Positions 59,508 through 64,000 of a stretch of 64,000 bases of DNA are shown piece after piece. A program made the position numbers and the translations under genes. Every line of letters starts with the position of its first letter. Positions within the stretch are counted from its first letter, which is position 1. Below the pieces are notes generated by a model. The model ran no database searches and had not been told where the DNA came from. It worked only from the letters and a program-made list of their open reading frames with translations. Source of the stretch: an uncultured delta proteobacterium (GTDB lineage Bacteria; Myxococcota_A; Polyangia; Haliangiales; Haliangiaceae); contig CAWKDB010000010.1 of NCBI GenBank assembly GCA_963848295.1, positions 3,712,001 through 3,776,000 on the forward strand, read 5' to 3'.

Positions 59508-60592
59508 CGGTGAGAGCGCCATCGCAGGAACGATGGTACACGACCGCGCGCGGCGCCACGGGACTCCAGGGAGCCGATGTGGTCGCCTGGGAATCCGGGC
59601 ACATGGCCGAGGACCGGCAGATCGAGCCGCGCGACGTCGTCGCGGTCGTGGACGCGTGCGTCGAACGCACCGACGACGAGTGCCGAGCCGATCAGCGATG
59701 AGAACGCCGCAACCGCGGCGAACAGCACGAACGCGAACCCTGCATGGTTCGAAGGAATCGGCCGGCGCTCTTCCACGATCGCGACCGATTCATCGAGCCC
59801 GGCCTCGGTGACGCGATCTGCGATCGATTCGTTGCTCTGCGCGATCAGCGTCAGCCTGCGCTCGAGCGCCGCGATCTCGGCGGTCAGCTCGGAGCTCTCG
59901 ATCGACATCAGCGCGGACAGCTGGTCATCGTGGTGCTCGTTCGCGACCTCGAGCTTCTCGAGCTTCTCGCTGCGATCGCGCGTGAGCTGGTCGAGGCGGG
60001 TCGCGATCTTGTCGTGAGCGGCTGCGACTTCGGCGGCGATGCCGTTGCTGACCCGTTGCTGACGAGCGAGCGCGGTCTGGATCACGAGCTGCGCGAGCTC
60101 GTGCGCGAGCTTGTATGCTCGATCGCCGTCGACATCGGTCACGGTCAAGCCGATCCGTGCCGAGTGCTCGGCGTCGCGCGAGTCGCCGCTCGCGATCAGC
60201 GTGTTCTTCCAGATCTCGATCGTCAGCTGGTCGCGCAGCTCGCCGATCGCGTATTCGAGACCGAGCTTCTTGCGGCCCGGGTACAAGTCGAGGCGCTCGA
60301 TCAGCGCGCCGAGCTCCTTGTCGGGCAACAGCGTCTCGGCGACGTATGCGCGCAGCTCGTCGACCGGGAGATCGCTGTGGGTCGTCAGGGTCTCGCCCTG
60401 GGTCAACGCGAGCACGACCTCGGCTTCGACCGCCGGCGTGCGCTTCACATACGCGAGCAACAGCAGCGCGGTGAGGATCGCCGCGACCGCGAGGACGGGC
60501 CACGGCCGCGCGCGCGCCCGCCGCGCGATCCGTTGCAGCTCGACGACCATGGCGCTGCGCGTCGATTCCTCGGCCGCGTACCAGTCGGTCAC
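59504..60592 (-). CDS. Second, shorter polysaccharide co-polymerase (Wzz/PCP-like)
   Basis: Two TMs, LIERLDLYP, coiled coil, DARVHDRDDVARLDLPVLGHVP. Confidence 0.75.
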   Translation of the reverse strand: MTDWYAAEESTRSAMVVELQRIARRARARPWPVLAVAAILTALLLLAYVKRTPAVEAEVVLALTQGETLTTHSDLPVDELRAYVAETLLPDKELGALIERLDLYPGRKKLGLEYAIGELRDQLTIEIWKNTLIASGDSRDAEHSARIGLTVTDVDGDRAYKLAHELAQLVIQTALARQQRVSNGIAAEVAAAHDKIATRLDQLTRDRSEKLEKLEVANEHHDDQLSALMSIESSELTAEIAALERRLTLIAQSNESIADRVTEAGLDESVAIVEERRPIPSNHAGFAFVLFAAVAAFSSLIGSALVVGAFDARVHDRDDVARLDLPVLGHVPGFPGDHIGSLESRGAARGRVPSFLRWRSHR

Positions 60593-61752
60593 GGATCGAC
60601 GGTAGCACGCAGGACCGCGTGCAGCGCGGCGGCACTCGCGCGCCAGCCCCCGCGGGCTCCGAGCCGGGCGACCTCGGCCGGATCGTACTGGACTCGCAAC
60701 GCGGCGACGATCGCGCCGGCGAGCGCAGCCGGATCGCGTGGCGGCACGAGCGCGCCCAGCTCGGGGCGCGTGATCAGATCCGGAATGCCGCCGACGTTCG
60801 AGGCGACGACCCGACGGCCACTCGCGAGCGCCTCGAGCACGACGTTCGGCGTGCCCTCGGAGTGGCTCGGCAACACGACGATGTCGGCCGCGGCCATCCA
60901 GGTCGGCACGCGGTGGAGCGGTTGTGGGCCGACGAGACGCATCCGCTCGCCGGTGAGCCGCTCCCGCAACGGACCATCGCCGACCACCGCGAGCTGCGCG
61001 TCGGGCATCGCGGCGGTCACGATCGGCCATGCCTCCGCCAGCTCGGCGACCCCCTTCTCCGGTTTGAGGTTGCCGACGTAGACGACGAGGGGTCCGGCCG
61101 GCACCCCGAGCTCGAGTCGTGCGGCGGCTCGGTCGCGCGGCCGGAACAGCTCGCCGTCGACCCCGTTCATCACGATCGCGACGTGGTCACGCCGGACGCC
61201 GAGCGCGATCGCCTCCTCGCCGAGCGCGCGACTGACCGCGACGACCCGCGCCGCTCGCGGCAACGCCCAGCTCAGCATGCGGCGTGGTCCAGCCAGCTTC
61301 GCGATCGCGTTGATGTCGGAGCCGTGCAGCTTGACGACGCACGGCACGCCGAGCAACCGACTCGCGATCACCGCGGCGAAGCCATCGGGGTAGGCCCACG
61401 AACCGAGCACCACGTCGACCTTGTGGCGATAGCCCGCGATCACCGGCGCGATGGACGCGGCGTACAGCGGCCCCCACATCGAGTGCGCGAGCTTCGGCAC
61501 GAACAGCGTGCGCGGATGACGCACCTCGAGCCCCGCGATCGTCTCGCGCGCGGGGACATCGGCGAGCTTGCCCGCGCTCGACCATCGCGCGGTCAGCCCC
61601 GCGCCGGGAAACCACGGAATCGTCGCGAGGATCTCGAGCTCGCACAGCTCCGCCAGCGCGGCGAACTGCTGGCGATTGAATGGCGCGGACAGCGGCTCGA
61701 CGGCGTTCGGAAAGATCTTCGTGATCGCGAGGACGCGCACGGCGAAGGCCAC
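60589..61752 (-). CDS. GT4 glycosyltransferase (TuaC-like)
   Basis: WAYPDG, HGSDIN, NGVD, EKG, SEGTPNVVLEALASG. Confidence 0.88.
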   Translation of the reverse strand: MAFAVRVLAITKIFPNAVEPLSAPFNRQQFAALAELCELEILATIPWFPGAGLTARWSSAGKLADVPARETIAGLEVRHPRTLFVPKLAHSMWGPLYAASIAPVIAGYRHKVDVVLGSWAYPDGFAAVIASRLLGVPCVVKLHGSDINAIAKLAGPRRMLSWALPRAARVVAVSRALGEEAIALGVRRDHVAIVMNGVDGELFRPRDRAAARLELGVPAGPLVVYVGNLKPEKGVAELAEAWPIVTAAMPDAQLAVVGDGPLRERLTGERMRLVGPQPLHRVPTWMAAADIVVLPSHSEGTPNVVLEALASGRRVVASNVGGIPDLITRPELGALVPPRDPAALAGAIVAALRVQYDPAEVARLGARGGWRASAAALHAVLRATVDP

Positions 61753-61757
61753 ACCTT

Positions 61758-62063
61758 CTACAGGTTGAAGACCTTGTCCATACGCAGCAGCTTGAAGATC
61801 GCGAGCGGTTGATCGCGCGCGCCGGTGATCTGCATCGTGCCGCCGACCCCGCGCACACCCTTGTAGAGCTTGACGAGCGCCGCGACGCCGGAGCTGTCGA
61901 TCAGCTCGAGCCCTGCGAGATCGACCGTCACCTTCGCCGGCTTGCCCGCCACGATCCGATCGATCTCCTCGGCGAGCGGCGGCGCACTGTTGATATCGAG
62001 CGAGCCACGGATCGCGAGCATCACGTCGCGGTCGTTGCGTTGCACGTCGAACGGCGTCGGCAC
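61758..62063 (-). CDS. STAS-domain anti-sigma-factor antagonist
   Basis: GSLDINSA, VDLAGLELIDSSGVAALV with the phospho-acceptor Ser. Confidence 0.9.
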   Translation of the reverse strand: MPTPFDVQRNDRDVMLAIRGSLDINSAPPLAEEIDRIVAGKPAKVTVDLAGLELIDSSGVAALVKLYKGVRGVGGTMQITGARDQPLAIFKLLRMDKVFNL

Positions 62064-62064
62064 T

Positions 62065-62541
62065 TCAGCTCCTCCCGACCGTCCGCACGGACGGCATGCG
62101 CTTGCACAGCCGCCACAGATTCGGCGGGCCTGGCTCGTAGGTCATCTCGTCGAGCATCGTCTTCGCGATATGAATCCCCATCCCGCCCTCCGGAAGTGAT
62201 GCCTCGTCGAGGTCGCTCGGCACCGGCTCGACTTCGTCGATGTCGAACGGGTTGCCGTGATCCTTGATCTCGATGACGAGCTCGCGTTCGCGCGGTGTGA
62301 TCGCGAGCTCGATCGCACCGCTCGTCGCGCGCGCGTACGCGTGAATCGCGATGTTGTTGAAGATCTCCATGAAGGCCGAGATCACCGCGGTGTCGAACGG
62401 ATCGCGGACATCGTACGCCTGCGGATTATCCGGGTCGGCCGGTTTGGAGCCCGAGACCAGTCGCGCCGCCTCGGCGACGACCCGCACCGCGATCGCGCGG
62501 TAGCGCAGGGTCCCGGGGACGATCAGCCGGATCGGGGTCAT
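62065..62541 (-). CDS. RsbW/SpoIIAB-like serine kinase (anti-sigma factor)
   Basis: EIFNNIAIHAY, IKDHGNPFD, LPEGGMGIHIAKTMLDEMTY. Confidence 0.88.
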   Translation of the reverse strand: MTPIRLIVPGTLRYRAIAVRVVAEAARLVSGSKPADPDNPQAYDVRDPFDTAVISAFMEIFNNIAIHAYARATSGAIELAITPRERELVIEIKDHGNPFDIDEVEPVPSDLDEASLPEGGMGIHIAKTMLDEMTYEPGPPNLWRLCKRMPSVRTVGRS

Positions 62542-62589
62542 CGGCGGCCAGAATAGCAGCGGCGGGACCCCGCGTGGTACCCTCGTGGC

Positions 62590-63324
62590 GTGCTGCGTAG
62601 CGTTCGGTTCGCCAAGCGGGCGATCGACGTCCTGGGGGCTGCGGTCGGGTTGGCGATAACCGCGCCGTTGATGCCGATCATCGCGGCGGCGATCTACGTC
62701 GACTCGCCGGGGCCGGTGTTCTATCGCCAGCGCCGCGCCGGCAGCCTGCGCGCGGTCTCGCATCAGAACGGCGTGCGCAAGCTGCACTTCGACGAGTTCA
62801 CGATGCACAAGTTCCGCACGATGCAGATCGACGCGGAGGCGAAGACCGGGGTCGTCGTCGCCGGCGCCGGCGATCCGCGCGTCACCCGTGTCGGCCGGTT
62901 CTTGCGCAAGTCGCGCCTAGACGAGCTCCCGCAGTTCTGGGACGTGTTGCGCGGCAAGATGAGCATCGTCGGTCCGAGGCCGGAGCGGCCCGAGTTGCTG
63001 CAAGATCTGTCGTACGCGATCCCGCTGTTCGAAGAGCGGATGCGCGATGTCAAGCCAGGTATCACCGGGCTCGCGCAGATCTCGCTCGGCTACACCGGCT
63101 CGATCCCCGAGGGCAGCGAGATCGGCAAGCTCGCCGCGACGCTCCAGAACCCGTGGCAGCTCGACGAAGCCAAGGGCTCGCTCGCCGACGACATGCGGAT
63201 CAAGTTGCTCTACGACCTCGCGTACACCGCGTCGCTCGAGCGATTCGACACGTTCTTGCGCACAGAGCTCGACATCATCGTCAAGACACCGCTCGTCATG
63301 CTGAAGATGACCTCCGGGCGCTGA
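62590..63324 (+). CDS. Priming polyprenyl-phosphate sugar-1-phosphate transferase (small PGT)
   Basis: KRAIDV, DSPGPVFYRQ, KFRTM, DPRVTRVGRFLRKSRLDELPQ, GPRPERP, KPGITGLAQ. Confidence 0.92.
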   Translation: MLRSVRFAKRAIDVLGAAVGLAITAPLMPIIAAAIYVDSPGPVFYRQRRAGSLRAVSHQNGVRKLHFDEFTMHKFRTMQIDAEAKTGVVVAGAGDPRVTRVGRFLRKSRLDELPQFWDVLRGKMSIVGPRPERPELLQDLSYAIPLFEERMRDVKPGITGLAQISLGYTGSIPEGSEIGKLAATLQNPWQLDEAKGSLADDMRIKLLYDLAYTASLERFDTFLRTELDIIVKTPLVMLKMTSGR

Positions 63325-63343
63325 TCACGCTTACCATCGTGGG

Positions 63344-64000
63344 ATGGATCCGGATCCGAAATCCAAGCCCGCAGATGTCGAGTCTGCGGCGACCCAAAAC
63401 GCCGCGAGTGCACCGACGGTATTGCCGACCGATACGCCGACCCTCGCTGACACGACCGGTGTATCAGGGCCCGGGGCTGGAGCGAGCATGCCGGCGACCG
63501 CGCGTTACCAGCTCGGCGAGGTGCTCGGCCGCGGCGGGATGGGCGAGGTGGTTTCGGCTCACGATTCGCAGATCGGCAGATCGGTCGCGATCAAGCGGAT
63601 GCGGTCCGAGCATGCCGATCCGAGCGCGGTCGCGCGGTTTCTCCGCGAGGCGCAGATCCAGGGCAAGCTCGAGCATCCCGCGGTCGTGCCGGTGCACGAG
63701 CTGTGGCGCGACGAGCGCGGTCAGCCGTCCTTCGTGATGAAGCAGCTCGCCGGCGTCACGCTCGGCGACGTGCTGGCCAAGCTCACTGCGAATGACCCTG
63801 TCGCAGTCAAGGAGTATCCGCGGCAACGCTTGCTGCGCGCGTTTGCTGACGTGTGTCTCGCGATCGAGTTCGCACACACGCGCGGCGTCGTACACCGCGA
63901 TCTCAAACCGGCCAACATCGTGATCGGCGACTTCGGCGAGGTCTACGTGCTCGATTGGGGCATCGCCAGGATCGTCGGCAGCCGCGAGCGCGATGAGGCT
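63344..64000 (+). CDS. Ser/Thr protein kinase (5' part; runs off the window)
   Basis: Read manually: LGRGGMGEV, VAIK, RFLREA, HRDLKPAN, LDWGIA; TACCAT box 6 nt before ATG 63344. Confidence 0.88.
   Translation, partial: MDPDPKSKPADVESAATQNAASAPTVLPTDTPTLADTTGVSGPGAGASMPATARYQLGEVLGRGGMGEVVSAHDSQIGRSVAIKRMRSEHADPSAVARFLREAQIQGKLEHPAVVPVHELWRDERGQPSFVMKQLAGVTLGDVLAKLTANDPVAVKEYPRQRLLRAFADVCLAIEFAHTRGVVHRDLKPANIVIGDFGEVYVLDWGIARIVGSRERDEA

Overview
This is a very GC-rich, gene-dense bacterial window. Gene content points to Myxococcota, probably a Kofleriaceae/Haliangiales-like lineage (inference from BacM, the MXAN_5187-type C-terminal domain, DUF4388/TPR proteins, PEGA Ser/Thr kinases and a split atp operon). 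About 50 CDS are present. In order: thrC, rseP-tsaB, a LeuA-family synthase, a complete IS1380-family element (8231-9867, 16-bp TIRs, CTAG target duplication), an orphan oppD/oppF pair, and a 12-kb co-directional envelope cluster (lipoproteins, barrel-TSP3-OmpA protein, TonB-dependent receptor, receiver-like/GHKL protein, PEGA kinase). Then come bacM-atpF'FHAGDC, a BRCT protein coupled to a giant TPR protein, an SDR / phospholipase D / acyl-CoA dehydrogenase block, and an exopolysaccharide locus headed by an RsbW/STAS partner switch with two co-polymerases and a BY pseudokinase. Non-coding signals read directly from the sequence: a perfect 15-bp inverted repeat bracketing the PLD gene, a FadR(YsiA)-like operator, two sigma-54 and one ECF promoter candidates, many leaderless-type -10 boxes, and an unannotated lipoprotein leader separated from a beta-propeller gene by one in-frame TGA. 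No rRNA, tRNA or CRISPR array was recognised. All family calls come from motif recognition by eye; no database search was run.
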